From Nitrospirota bacterium (GTDB lineage: Bacteria > Nitrospirota > UBA9217): a stretch of 64,000 bases of DNA. Location of the stretch: positions 2,624,001-2,688,000 of the forward strand of contig OY760142.1 in NCBI GenBank assembly GCA_963663225.1. Direction: 5' to 3'. The notes below the pieces were generated by a model that made no database searches, had not been told where the DNA came from, and worked only from the letters and a program-made list of their open reading frames with translations. The position numbers and the translations under genes are program-made. Positions 31,339 to 41,565 of the stretch are shown one piece after another (position 1 is the stretch's first letter; the number at the start of each line of letters is the position of its first letter).

Positions 31339-31938
31339 ATGAAAAAAATCCTGTTTTGTCTCGTAATCTGCATGAGCGTTTTCCTGTTTAATCATGCTTC
31401 TGCTGAAGTAAAGCGTATTGCGATTCCTCTGGAAGGATCTCCTTCATTTGGACCACAGAATCCTCCGGTTACCCTTGTGGAATTTATCGACTACCAGTGA
31501 CCGCATTGCGTTGCGGCCGGTCCGGCTGTGGAGAAAATTGTAAAAGATTATGCAGACTCCGTGAAACTTGTCATAAAATTCTATCCGTATAAATACCGCG
31601 ACTATTCCCGTATATCAGCCGAGGCGGCTTTGGCGGCCTTTGATCAGGGCAAATTCAGAGAGATGCATCTCCTGTTGCTCAAAAAATCTCCGGACTTGAA
31701 CCGTAATGACCTCATAGGATATGCAAAAGAAATTGGGCTTGATGTGGACAGGTTTATTTCCGCGCTCAATACCCATAAAAATATGGCGACCATTGACCGG
31801 GACGTCAAACTGGCCCAGGATCTCGATCTTTACAACACGCCTACGTTTTTTATAAATGGCCGCAAGATTGTAGGCAATGTGCCTTTCTCATACCTCAAAA
31901 AGATCATCGAGGAGGAACTTCGTGCACAGAAAAAGTAG
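31339..31938 (+). CDS. periplasmic DsbA/BdbD-like thioredoxin-fold selenoprotein (U54-P-H-C57)
   Basis: ORFs 31273-31500 and 31528-31938 are in one frame, joined by TGA 31498-31500: EFIDYQ-U-PHC. Signal peptide, cis-Pro NTPTFFING and a downstream SECIS-like hairpin are present. Confidence 0.88.
31512..31530 (+). promoter_or_regulatory. bacterial SECIS element (DsbA-like gene)
   Basis: Stem GCGGCCG/CGGCUGU with GUC loop 19 nt after UGA; GGU at codon +7, as in the E. coli fdhF SECIS. Confidence 0.7.
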
Positions 31939-32989
31939 CCTGATTCTCTGCTCGCTGTGTATTGTTTTTTCTGCTGCTGTTACCCCGGTTTTTGGGGGTG
32001 ACTTGGAACCGTTATCGTCTGTTCCTGATGCAAAAAACAACCCCGTGACAGCTGAAAAAATAGAGCTTGGGAAAACACTCTTTTTTGACAGAAGACTTTC
32101 AGGCGACGGCACCATGAGTTGCGCCACATGTCATATACCGGATATGGCGTTTACGGATGGACAGGAAACTTCTCTCAGTTATCCGACAACAAAAAACTGG
32201 AGAAATTCTCCGACACTGATGAATGTCGCTTTTTTTAAAAGCCTCTTTCATGACGGACGAGCTGCCACCCTGGAAGAGCAGGCGCTGTTTCCCATGATGT
32301 CCTCTTTTGAAATGAATCTTAATCTGGATTATCTGGAAGAAAAAATCAGGATAGTGCCTGAATATAGGGCCGCGTTCCAGCGTGCATTTCACGATGACAT
32401 AACCAGGGAGCGAATTGCCATGGCAATTGCAGCATTTGAACGGACACTTGTGTCAAAAAACGCTCCTATCGATGCCTATCTCAGAGGGAAAAAATCGGCA
32501 CTTTCCCTACAAGCCAGGAAAGGGTATGCTATTTTTACCGGCAAAGGGAAGTGCGCTGACTGTCATTATGGAGCTCATCTCTCCGACGACAAGTTCCACG
32601 CCTTGAATGTGCCCGAAAACCCCGAACACGAAAATGATCCCCGTATCACGGCCACACGACGTTTTGTTGCAAAGATTTATCACTATGATGATTATAAAAA
32701 TCTGACCCAGGATTTGGGCCGGTATCTTATTACCAAGGATGCAAAAGACTGGAGAGCCTTCAGAACGCCTTCATTACGTGAAATTGCAAAGACTGCACCG
32801 TACATGCATAATGGTACTCTCTCCACGATCGATGAAGTTATAGATTTTTTTAACGATGGAGGCGGAAAGGGAAATACTGCAGTAAAACCGCTCGATCTGA
32901 ACAATAAAGAAAAACAAGAGCTCAAAACATTTCTTGTCGAAGCGTTGAGCGGAGAAAATGTAGTAGTTAAATATCCTGTTATCCCGTGA
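31922..32989 (+). CDS. diheme cytochrome c peroxidase (bCcP/MauG family)
   Basis: LGKTLFFDRRLS, CATCH, RNSPT, CADCH, FRTPSLR, APYMHNG. GTG start after GGAGG overlaps the DsbA stop. Confidence 0.9.
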   Translation: MHRKSSLILCSLCIVFSAAVTPVFGGDLEPLSSVPDAKNNPVTAEKIELGKTLFFDRRLSGDGTMSCATCHIPDMAFTDGQETSLSYPTTKNWRNSPTLMNVAFFKSLFHDGRAATLEEQALFPMMSSFEMNLNLDYLEEKIRIVPEYRAAFQRAFHDDITRERIAMAIAAFERTLVSKNAPIDAYLRGKKSALSLQARKGYAIFTGKGKCADCHYGAHLSDDKFHALNVPENPEHENDPRITATRRFVAKIYHYDDYKNLTQDLGRYLITKDAKDWRAFRTPSLREIAKTAPYMHNGTLSTIDEVIDFFNDGGGKGNTAVKPLDLNNKEKQELKTFLVEALSGENVVVKYPVIP

Positions 32990-33261
32990 AATTGCGTTAC
33001 ATTTGCCCTGTTCCTTTAATTAATAAATAGTAAATCCCTTTGCATTTTTTGTATCTGATTAAATTTTTTAGGTATTACCCAAGTGAGTTCCCCGATAAGA
33101 GTTATTATAATATATTATTTATGTTATAGTATTATAATACCTTGAAATAAAATATTTTTTTGAATAAAAATGAAATTTTTTATAATTTTTATTATAAAAT
33201 TAATGTATATCTGAGGCAATATTTTTTTTACAATATTATTGAAAAATAAAACTATTTACTG

Positions 33262-33279
33262 ATGGTATATTTATTGCTT
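33262..33279 (+). promoter_or_regulatory. sigma54-type promoter upstream of modABC
   Basis: ATGGTATATTTATTGCTT (TGG-N8-TTGC), identical to 44857-44874. Confidence 0.65.
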
Positions 33280-33417
33280 AATCTTATAAATTAATGATAA
33301 ATGTATTCTTTTTTTTGATAATTTATCTAAGCAATCTTTTATTTCAACCGTAATTAAAATAAACTAAATTCAAATTTTTCTGAGCCATTTTTAACGGGCT
33401 TTTTTTTTGCCCAACCA

Positions 33418-33437
33418 TTATGTCAATATAGACATAA
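33418..33437. promoter_or_regulatory. palindromic operator (ModE-type box) upstream of modA
   Basis: TTATGTC-AATATA-GACATAA; the same core recurs before both fdh operons. Confidence 0.75.
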
Positions 33438-33511
33438 AGAAAATAATTTTCTATTGAGAATGACGTCATTGCTTTCCTGTTTCAAGATAAATCACGTTTT
33501 AGAGGCGAAGA

Positions 33512-34255
33512 ATGAAGCGAATTGTCACAGTTATTGCCGTATTGAGTATAGTTTTTATTCCGTTCCTATTGTCAGCAGAGGAAAGACTGCATCTCGCCGT
33601 AGCAGCAAATTTTATGCAGCCAATGCAAAAAATAACGGTTCTTTTTGAGAAAAAAACAAAGGTAAAAATTGAAACAACGTACGCTTCAACTGGCAAACTC
33701 TACAGCCAGGTCGTTAACGGAGCTCCCTACGATGTATTTCTTTCAGCGGATGAAGAAAGACCGAATCTGTTGTATCAAACAGGGATATCGGAAAAACCGT
33801 TTATCTATGCGAGAGGGCAAGTCATTCTCTGGAGTGTTCACAAGGAGTTTTGCAAGGCTGAAAACTGGAGTGAAGCCGTACGAAACAAAAAAATCAGGAA
33901 AATTTCCATCGCCAATGTCAAAACGGCCCCCTATGGCACAATGTCAATGATGGCCTTGCAGAAGGCAGGGCTTTGGGACTCTCTTCAGCCTAAAATGGTT
34001 TTTGCTCAGGACGTTGCTCAATCATTCCAGTATGCGTCTACCGAAAGCGTGGATCTGGGGTTTTGCGCGTTTTCAGCTGCATTTTCAGATGAAGGGAAAA
34101 AAGGGTGTTTTCATATAGTTCATGAAGCACCGATGGTTTTACAGGCAGCCTGTGTTGTAAAACAATCCAAGAACATCGCTGCAGCGAGGCAGTTTGTTGA
34201 TTTTCTCGGTTCTTCCGAAGTGAATGCTATAAAAAAATCGTTCGGATATCAATAA
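33512..34255 (+). CDS. modA: molybdate ABC transporter substrate-binding protein
   Basis: AVAANF, ASTGKLYSQ..NGAPYDVFLSAD, APYG. Confidence 0.95.
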   Translation: MKRIVTVIAVLSIVFIPFLLSAEERLHLAVAANFMQPMQKITVLFEKKTKVKIETTYASTGKLYSQVVNGAPYDVFLSADEERPNLLYQTGISEKPFIYARGQVILWSVHKEFCKAENWSEAVRNKKIRKISIANVKTAPYGTMSMMALQKAGLWDSLQPKMVFAQDVAQSFQYASTESVDLGFCAFSAAFSDEGKKGCFHIVHEAPMVLQAACVVKQSKNIAAARQFVDFLGSSEVNAIKKSFGYQ

Positions 34256-34256
34256 T

Positions 34257-34922
34257 ATGGATTTTCTTTCTCTTTATCTTTCGCTCAAACTTGCATTCGT
34301 AAGCACCGTTGTGCTGATTATTATTACGATGCCTCTCGCGTATTGACTGGCGTACGTTCATTTCCCGGGAAAGTCTTTCCTGGAAGCCTTGATTAACCTG
34401 CCGATTGCTTTGCCGCCCACCGTTGTGGGATTTTATCTTCTTATAGTTCTGGGGCCTAAAGGAACCGTGGGCGGTCTCTGGGAGGCAGCGACGGGTTCGC
34501 CCCTGTTATTTACTTTTTTAGGGATTGCCATTGCGTCTGTTATTTACAGCCTTCCATTTGCGATTCAACCCATGAAGGCTGCTTTTCAAAAGATAGACCG
34601 CCGCCTTCTCGAAAGCGCCTACATTCTCGGCCTTTCACGTTTTTCCACCTTCGTCAAAGTGATTATACCGAACAGCTTTTCCGGAATTGCAGCATCGGCA
34701 ATTCTTGTTTTTATTCACAGCATGGGAGCCTTCGGTGTCATTCTTATGCTTGGAGGCAGTATCCCGGGAGAAACGAAAGTGGCTTCCATCGCCATATACG
34801 AGGCTGTTGAATCGTTGAATTATCGGGAAGCCGGGCTGATGTCTCTGAGCCTTGTGCCGATTAGCTTCATTTTTCTTCTTCTTGTCAATTATCTTAACAA
34901 GGTCAAACACCATGGAGCTTAG
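34257..34922 (+). CDS. modB: molybdate ABC permease with an in-frame TGA at codon 30 (nonsense allele or recoded)
   Basis: ATG 34257 right after the modA stop gives MDFLSLYLSLKLAFVSTVVLIIITMPLAY*LAYVHFPGKSFLEALINLPIALPPTVVGFYLL. TGA is at 34344-34346. Confidence 0.8.
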
Positions 34923-35625
34923 GATAGATGTCAGTAAAAAGATGCCGCATTTTGATCTTCATGTTTCCTTTGTTTGTCCTGAGAACAAGATGCTTGTTCT
35001 CATCGGACCTTCCGGAGGTGGAAAGACAACCACACTTCGAATGATAGCAGGTCTTGAGAAGCCGGACAAAGGAACAATTGTGCATAATGGGGAAACATGG
35101 CTGGATGTGGAGCATTCCATTTTTGTTCCACCTCAGAAGCGCCGTCTGGGGTATGTATTTCAGGAATACATTCTGTTTCCACACCTGAATGTCTACGCGA
35201 ATGCGGCTTTTTCCGCACCTGACAAGAATGAGGCGGAAGACTTATTGAAACTTTTCGGCATCTGGCATCTTCGTCATCGCAAACCGTATGAAATATCGGG
35301 AGGAGAGCGTCAACGGTGCGCCATATGCCAGGCATTGGCAAGACGGCCTCAGGCGCTTCTTCTCGATGAACCTTTTTCCGCTCTAGACATGATGACCAGA
35401 AACAGGCTCCGTGATGAGTTGAAAACGCTGAAGAAATCTCTCGGCCTTCCCATTGTGTATGTTACCCATGATGTGCATGAAGCTTCGTTTTTTGCCGACG
35501 ATATCGTGCCTCTCGTCGATGGAAAAATCGACAAAAACTGGATATTACAGGCTCTTGCCCTTTCTGCTGCACCACAACAAAACATCAGGGATGAAAGCGG
35601 GGAAGCAGCCTTTTCTTTTTTATAA
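34912..35625 (+). CDS. modC: molybdate ABC ATPase (short, no TOBE domain)
   Basis: GPSGGGKTT, PPQKRRLGYVFQEY, ISGGERQR, LLLDEPF, VTHD. Confidence 0.9.
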   Translation: MELRIDVSKKMPHFDLHVSFVCPENKMLVLIGPSGGGKTTTLRMIAGLEKPDKGTIVHNGETWLDVEHSIFVPPQKRRLGYVFQEYILFPHLNVYANAAFSAPDKNEAEDLLKLFGIWHLRHRKPYEISGGERQRCAICQALARRPQALLLDEPFSALDMMTRNRLRDELKTLKKSLGLPIVYVTHDVHEASFFADDIVPLVDGKIDKNWILQALALSAAPQQNIRDESGEAAFSFL

Positions 35626-35712
35626 AGGATATGCTTTCAACAAAGATTTGTGATATCACCCGGTGTCGGCATCTATAAAGCGATATGATGAATCTATGAT
35701 TTGGAGGTTATT

Positions 35713-37362
35713 GTGCGAGACGTAACAATCGGTCGTTATTCCTACGCTGAGTACCTGAATCTGGTGAAATCTTTTCACGGAAATACAGCGCCGGGCTTGA
35801 TTATCGGCGGATTTATGGTGGATCATGCGCTGCGTCATTTACCGGAAGGCGAGTTTTTCGACGCTATCTGCGAAACAAAAGCATGTTTACCCGATGCTTT
35901 GCAGTTGTTGACACCCTGCACAATAGGAAATGGCTGGCTCAAGATACTGAACCAGGGGAGATTTGCACTGACACTATACGAGAAATATGGCGGCAAAGGT
36001 GTTCGTGTATATGTTGATATTCAAAAATTCGGCCCGTGGTCCAACATCAAGAATTGGTTCCTGAAGTTGCAGCCGAAACAGCAGCAGGATATCCATGTTT
36101 TACTGGAGGAGATTGGCAAGGCTCGCACGTCTATTCTGAGCATGAGTGAAGTGACTGTCAAGCAGAGGAACCTGAGCAAGAAAAAGAAGACTATTATTAC
36201 AATCTGTCCTGTTTGCGGCGAAGCATATCGTGCGGTGTCTCCGGGAATATGTAAGGCGTGCAGCGGAGAACTGGCGTATTTAGATTCGGAAAAACGTATT
36301 CAAGAAAGTAAAAATAACAAAGGCCAGTGCCAGTGTTCCGCCGTGCCTTTGGAAAAAGCAATCGGCCGCCGTCTGTTGCATGACATGACACGCATCATTC
36401 CGGGGCAGGAAAAAGGCGCGGCTTTTCAGCGTGGCCAGACAATTACTTCTGACGATCTCGGCCGTCTTCAGGAAATGGGAAAACTGAATGTCTACATTGA
36501 GGATGAGCAGCAACACAATCCGGAATGGGTGCACGAGGATGAAGTGGCCCTTGCGTTTGCCGGGGCAATGGCCGGTGAAGGCGTTTCCTTTTCGAGCAAG
36601 CCGCGCGAGGGAAAAGTAAATCTGATGGCAGCCAGAAAAGGTCTGCTGGTTGTTGATAAAAACCGGTTGATTTCTTTTAACACACTTCCCGACGTCGTCT
36701 GTGCCTCCCGACGTAGCTATTCCTTGGTCAATCAGGGTGATAAACTGGCGGGAGTCAAGGCAATTCCGCTGCATCTTCATCACGATTATTTTCACAAAGC
36801 ATTGGAACTCTTGAAAGGGGACCCCCTTTTTGAAGTTCATCCCTTGCGAAAGGCAAAAGTCGGCATACTGGTCATCGGCACGGAGATTTTCCAAGGGTTG
36901 GTGAAAGACAAATTTATACCGCTTATCAGCCGCAAGATCAGGCATTATGAGGGGGAGGTCGTTCAAACGAAGATTGTACCGGACGATTCCAATGCAATCA
37001 GCCAGGCCGTTGGTGAGCTGAGCGCCTGCGGAATTGACCTCTTGGTGACTACCTCCGGACTTTCCGTGGATCCCGATGATGTAACAAAACAAGGATTACA
37101 TGATGCGGGAGTATCGGACATGCTCTACGGAATGCCGGTGGTGCCGGGTGCCATGACGCTGGTGGCGCGACTCGGTCAAATCCAGGTGATAGGGGTTCCT
37201 GCTGGGGCGCTGTATTTTAAAACAACCGGATTCGATCTTTTGCTGCCCCGACTACTTGCAGGCAAACTTCCTACCCGCGAGGATTTGGCGTACCTTGGTC
37301 ATGGAGCGTTTTGTCTGGAATGCGATGTATGTCGGTTCCCGCAATGCACCTTCAGCAGATAA
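35713..37362 (+). CDS. FmdE-domain / MoeA-like molybdopterin-binding fusion protein
   Basis: FHGNTAPGLIIGG, CLPDALQLLTPCTIGNG (FmdE), CPVCGE..CKAC zinc finger, GLSVDPDDVT, PVVPGAM and C-terminal CLECDVCRFPQC. Confidence 0.8.
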   Translation: MRDVTIGRYSYAEYLNLVKSFHGNTAPGLIIGGFMVDHALRHLPEGEFFDAICETKACLPDALQLLTPCTIGNGWLKILNQGRFALTLYEKYGGKGVRVYVDIQKFGPWSNIKNWFLKLQPKQQQDIHVLLEEIGKARTSILSMSEVTVKQRNLSKKKKTIITICPVCGEAYRAVSPGICKACSGELAYLDSEKRIQESKNNKGQCQCSAVPLEKAIGRRLLHDMTRIIPGQEKGAAFQRGQTITSDDLGRLQEMGKLNVYIEDEQQHNPEWVHEDEVALAFAGAMAGEGVSFSSKPREGKVNLMAARKGLLVVDKNRLISFNTLPDVVCASRRSYSLVNQGDKLAGVKAIPLHLHHDYFHKALELLKGDPLFEVHPLRKAKVGILVIGTEIFQGLVKDKFIPLISRKIRHYEGEVVQTKIVPDDSNAISQAVGELSACGIDLLVTTSGLSVDPDDVTKQGLHDAGVSDMLYGMPVVPGAMTLVARLGQIQVIGVPAGALYFKTTGFDLLLPRLLAGKLPTREDLAYLGHGAFCLECDVCRFPQCTFSR

Positions 37363-37441
37363 GTATGTTATATGTGAAAAAAAAGGTCTGCTGCCTGATG
37401 CAGTTGATATCATATTTTATTGTGCGAAATGAGGTCCTGTA

Positions 37442-38317
37442 ATGAATCATGCTGAAAATAAAATGTCGGTCATGGAAGATCTGGTGGATGGCATCATTGA
37501 GAAAAAACCGCACACCAAGGACATTATCAATGCCTTCAGACCCATCCTTGTTGAACGGGTCCGTCTTGTGGAAGAATTAGAATTGAAACCCGCGGGTGCG
37601 CTGAAAATCGATGAGACACAAGCAAAGACAGGGAAGCCTATGATACAACAGGTAAAGCTGTTTTTGCCGGAAGATCCTTGGCAGCAGATTGCCGGTGCGA
37701 TGATACCCGCGATACACCGGGGTTTCCTCGGACTGCGTGAAGACCTGAATAAACTGGAAAGCTTGATACAAAAGGGAAACATCAACCTGTTCGACTATTT
37801 TAAAGACTATGCGGTAAATGGTGAAGCAACCATTACCCAATGGGTCAAGGATTGGGGAATCGGATCGCCATCCATAATTTTTTTGCTGAAAAATATGATG
37901 CGAGTCGTTCTTGAAAAAAGAAAACGTGAATTCGACTGGCAAGATATTGCATGGGAAAAAGGGTATTGTCCCTTTTGTGGAACACTTCCGACCATTGCGA
38001 CGATCAAGGAAAAAATAGCTGAACAATGGCTCCATTGTTCTACGTGCGGCCATGATTGGAAATATGAGCGGTTATTATGTCCGGGCTGTGAGCACGAAGG
38101 TCAACAAGAGACTGATTATTTCTTTATTGAAGACAAGGACCGGGAGGCAGCATTTGTTTGCGAAACCTGTAAACGGTATTTGATAACCTTGAATCGCGTC
38201 AGTGATATTAATGTTCGTGATCTGGACCTTTCCGCAATCAGCCTTATCCATCTGGACTTAATTATGCAGGAAAAAGGTTTTCAGCCCATGTGCGTCAGTG
38301 TGTGGAATGTTTTCTAA
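37442..38317 (+). CDS. fdhE: formate dehydrogenase accessory protein FdhE
   Basis: CPFCG, CSTC, CPGC and CETC motifs; directly upstream of fdh. Confidence 0.9.
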   Translation: MNHAENKMSVMEDLVDGIIEKKPHTKDIINAFRPILVERVRLVEELELKPAGALKIDETQAKTGKPMIQQVKLFLPEDPWQQIAGAMIPAIHRGFLGLREDLNKLESLIQKGNINLFDYFKDYAVNGEATITQWVKDWGIGSPSIIFLLKNMMRVVLEKRKREFDWQDIAWEKGYCPFCGTLPTIATIKEKIAEQWLHCSTCGHDWKYERLLCPGCEHEGQQETDYFFIEDKDREAAFVCETCKRYLITLNRVSDINVRDLDLSAISLIHLDLIMQEKGFQPMCVSVWNVF

Positions 38318-38421
38318 GCATAAATAAACGGCCAGTTTTCCAACCTGCAGAACCCACAAAAATTAATATGTTATTTTTAGCATAACATGTTAATTTTATT
38401 ACGTTTTTTATCAAAAACTTC

Positions 38422-38450
38422 TTGACTCTTTCGCACGAAAAGCATATAAG
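38422..38450 (+). promoter_or_regulatory. sigma70-type promoter of fdh operon 1
   Basis: TTGACT-17nt-TATAAG. Confidence 0.55.
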
Positions 38451-38460
38451 AAAACAAATT

Positions 38461-38484
38461 TAATATGTCTTTAGTGACATATTA
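38461..38484. promoter_or_regulatory. palindromic operator (ModE-type box) upstream of fdh operon 1
   Basis: TAATATGTC-TTTAGT-GACATATTA, perfect 9-bp arms, between the -10 and the RBS. Confidence 0.78.
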
Positions 38485-38504
38485 TTTTAATATAAGGAGG
38501 CTCT

Positions 38505-41500
38505 ATGGCGTTATCGAGAAGAGGGTTCTTGGCCATGAGCGGCTCAATAGGATCGGGAATAGCTCTGTCTTCCCTGGGTATCAACCTGAATCCTGTGAAA
38601 GCTCATGCGGAAGAACTCAGTAAGATGGACAGAGTCAAGAACGCAAAACAGGTAAGCACCATCTGTTGCTACTGTTCCGTGGGATGTGGCCTTATCTGCA
38701 GCGTTGACAAGCAGACGGGGAAGATTTTCAATATAGAAGGCGACCCCGCCCATCCGATCAATGAAGGTTCGCTCTGCGCAAAAGGTGCAGGTTTCTTCGA
38801 TTTGACGCAAGCGAATAAGCACCGGCTCACGAAAGTCCAGTACCGAGCGCCCTACAGCGACAAATGGGAAGAGAAGGATTGGGACTGGGCAATTAATCGG
38901 ATAGCACGCCTCGTGAAGGATTCTCGCGACAAAGGTTTCGTCATCAGAAACAGCAATGGTGAGTTGGTCAATCGAGCAGAAACCATTGCCCACCTCGGCA
39001 GCTCCAATGTTGATAATGAAGAATGCTGGCTGATGACAGCCAAGGCACGGGCCCTGGGCATGGTCTATATCGACCACCAGGCCCGGGTTTGACACAGCCC
39101 CTCGGTAGCGGCTCTGGGAGAGTCGTTCGGACGCGGTTCGATGTCGAATCATTATATAGATCTGAAGAACAGTGATGTAATCCTCATTATGGGGAGCAAT
39201 GCTGCAGAGCACCACCCAATCGCTTTCAAATGGATTCTACGCGCTAAGGAAAGAGGCGCAAAAATCATCCATGTCGATCCCCGATACACAAGGACTTCTG
39301 CACGCTGCGATTATCATGTACCCTTGCGCTCCGGAACAGATATTGCTTTTCTGGGCGGCATGATCCATTACATTCTCAACCAGAACAAATATTTTAAAGA
39401 CTACGTTCTCAACTACACGAATGCCTCCTTCATCGTCAGTAAGGATTTCGCGTTCAAGGACGGCCTTTTCTCCGGCTACGACAAACAAAAACGGAAATAC
39501 AACAAAGACACCTGGGTGTTCGATAAGAATGAAAAGGGAATGCCTAAACGCGATATGACTCTGAGCGATCCCCAATGTGTGTTCCAACTGATGAAGAACC
39601 ACTACTCACGGTATACCCTCGACAAAGTCTCCAGTGTCACCGGCGTCAGCAAGGAAAATCTAACGAAGGTTTATGCTGAGTACAGCTCTACCGGTGTGCC
39701 GAACAAGGCTGGAACGGAATGTTATGCCTTGGGCTGGACGCACCATACCACGGGTAGCCAGATCATACGGACCATGTCCATGATCCAGCTCCTTCTGGGG
39801 AACATGGGAATTGCCGGCGGCGGCGTGAATGCGCTTCGCGGTGAACCGAACGTGCAGGGGTCTACGGATCACGCCATCCTCTACAATGTGCTGCCAGGTT
39901 ACCTGAAGATGCCCGCGGCTTCCCAGGACACGCTGGAAAAATACCTGGAAAAATGCACCCCGAAAACAAAAGACCCGCAGTCAGCGAATTACTATTCGAA
40001 CTACCCGAAGTTTTTCGTGAGCTTCCTCAAAGCCTATTTCGGCAACAAAGCGACAAAGGAAAATGGGTTCGGGTATTCATGGCTGCCCAAGCTCGACGAC
40101 GGAAAGCATTACTCCATCCTTCATCTTTTCGACAGAATGTATGAAGGAAAGATAAGTGGACTGTTCGCTGTCGGGACCGACCCGGCAGTCAGTACCCCTA
40201 ATAGCACCAAGGTCCGCAAGGCTCTGGAGAAGCTTGATTGGCTCGTAGGTGAGAATATATTCGATAACGAGACTCACTCCTTCTGGCATGGTCCTGGTGT
40301 CGACCCGAAAAAAGTCAAAACCGAATGCTTCCTGCTTCCTGCAGCGGCCACTATGGAAAAGGAAGGGAGCCAGAGCAACAGCGGCCGCTGGGTGCAGTGG
40401 AAGTATAAGGCAGCGGAAGCACCGGGAGACGGCCTCGCAGTGGGAGAGATCACCATCAAGATCATGGCGGCGATTAAGGCGCTGTATGCAAAAGAAGGCG
40501 GTGTGCATCCGGAGCCCATTCTGAACTTCAAATGGGATTACACGGACGCGAAGGGAAAATATGATGCCCTGAAAATCTCAAAACAAATCAACGGATATTT
40601 CCTCAAAGACACAGTCATTGATGGAGTCTCATACAAGAAAGGTCAGACACTCCCGAGCTTTGGCATGCTCAAAGACGATGGGTCCACTTCGAGCGGTAAC
40701 TGGGTCATGGCCGGAAGCTTCGATGAAAAAGGCCTGAACAAAATGGCCAAACGCGGGAAGGACGATCCTACAGGCCTCGGTTTATATCCGAACTGGGCTT
40801 ATGCTTGGCCGGTCAACCGACGCATCATTTACAATCGCGCTTCTTGTGATATCAACGGCAAGCCATACAATCCCAAAAGAAAACTTTTGGAATGGACCGG
40901 AGACAAGTGGGTGGGTGACGTTCCCGACGGGCCTTGGCCACCCCAGGCAAACAAAGAAAAGGGTAAATATCCGTTCATCATGAAAGCGGATGGACTCGGC
41001 GCTCTCTTCGGGCCCGGTATGGCTGAAGGACCATTCCCTGAGCATTATGAGCCTCTGGAAGGCCCTTTGGCAAAGAACCCCCTGTCCGGTCAGTTGATCA
41101 ATCCGGTCGTAGAAATCTTCAAGAGCGATCTGGACAAAGTGGCCAATGCGGACAGTAAATTCCCCTATGTTTGCACGACGTATTCCTGCACTGAACACTG
41201 GTGTTCAGGTGCGTTGACCCGATGGCAGGCATGGCTTCTGGAGATGCAGCCCGAGCTGTATGTTGAGATTGGAGATCTCCTAGCCAAGGAAAAAGGGATC
41301 AAGAATGGCGAAAAGGTGAAAGTGTCCTCCATTCGCGGTGAAGTGAAGTGCGTCGCCATGGTGACAAAACGGTTCAAGCCTTTTACCGTGGAGGGAAAAA
41401 CCGTCCATCAAGTGGGTCTTCCCTTTAATTACGGATGGTTATTCCCCGAAGATGGCAGTGACAGCACGAACTTCCTGACCCCAACCGTTGGTGATGGGAA

Positions 41501-41552
41501 CACCTTCTGTCCCGAATACAAGGCCTTTATGGTTAACGTGGCGAAGGCATAG
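38505..41552 (+). CDS. fdnG: formate dehydrogenase-N/O type alpha subunit 1, selenocysteine (U196), Tat signal
   Basis: SRRGFL, CCYCSVGC, DHQARV-U(39090-39092)-HSPSVAALGESFGRG, LRGEPNVQG. The two ORF-track pieces are in frame. Confidence 0.95.
39108..39126 (+). promoter_or_regulatory. SECIS element of fdh alpha 1
   Basis: GCGGCUCU-GGG-AGAGUCGU hairpin, loop 23 nt after UGA. Confidence 0.75.
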
Positions 41553-41565
41553 GAGAATATAAAAC

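Noticed and set aside
33000-33250. AT-rich tract as oriC, CRISPR leader or tandem repeat
   Set aside because: No DnaA-box cluster, regular repeat-spacer pattern or cas genes; it is explained as a promoter region.
39141-41552. Treating the fdh alpha halves (also 45827-48340) as separate genes or pseudogenes
   Set aside because: The TGA sits at the catalytic Sec position (AR[VI]-U-H), is in frame and has a SECIS hairpin.
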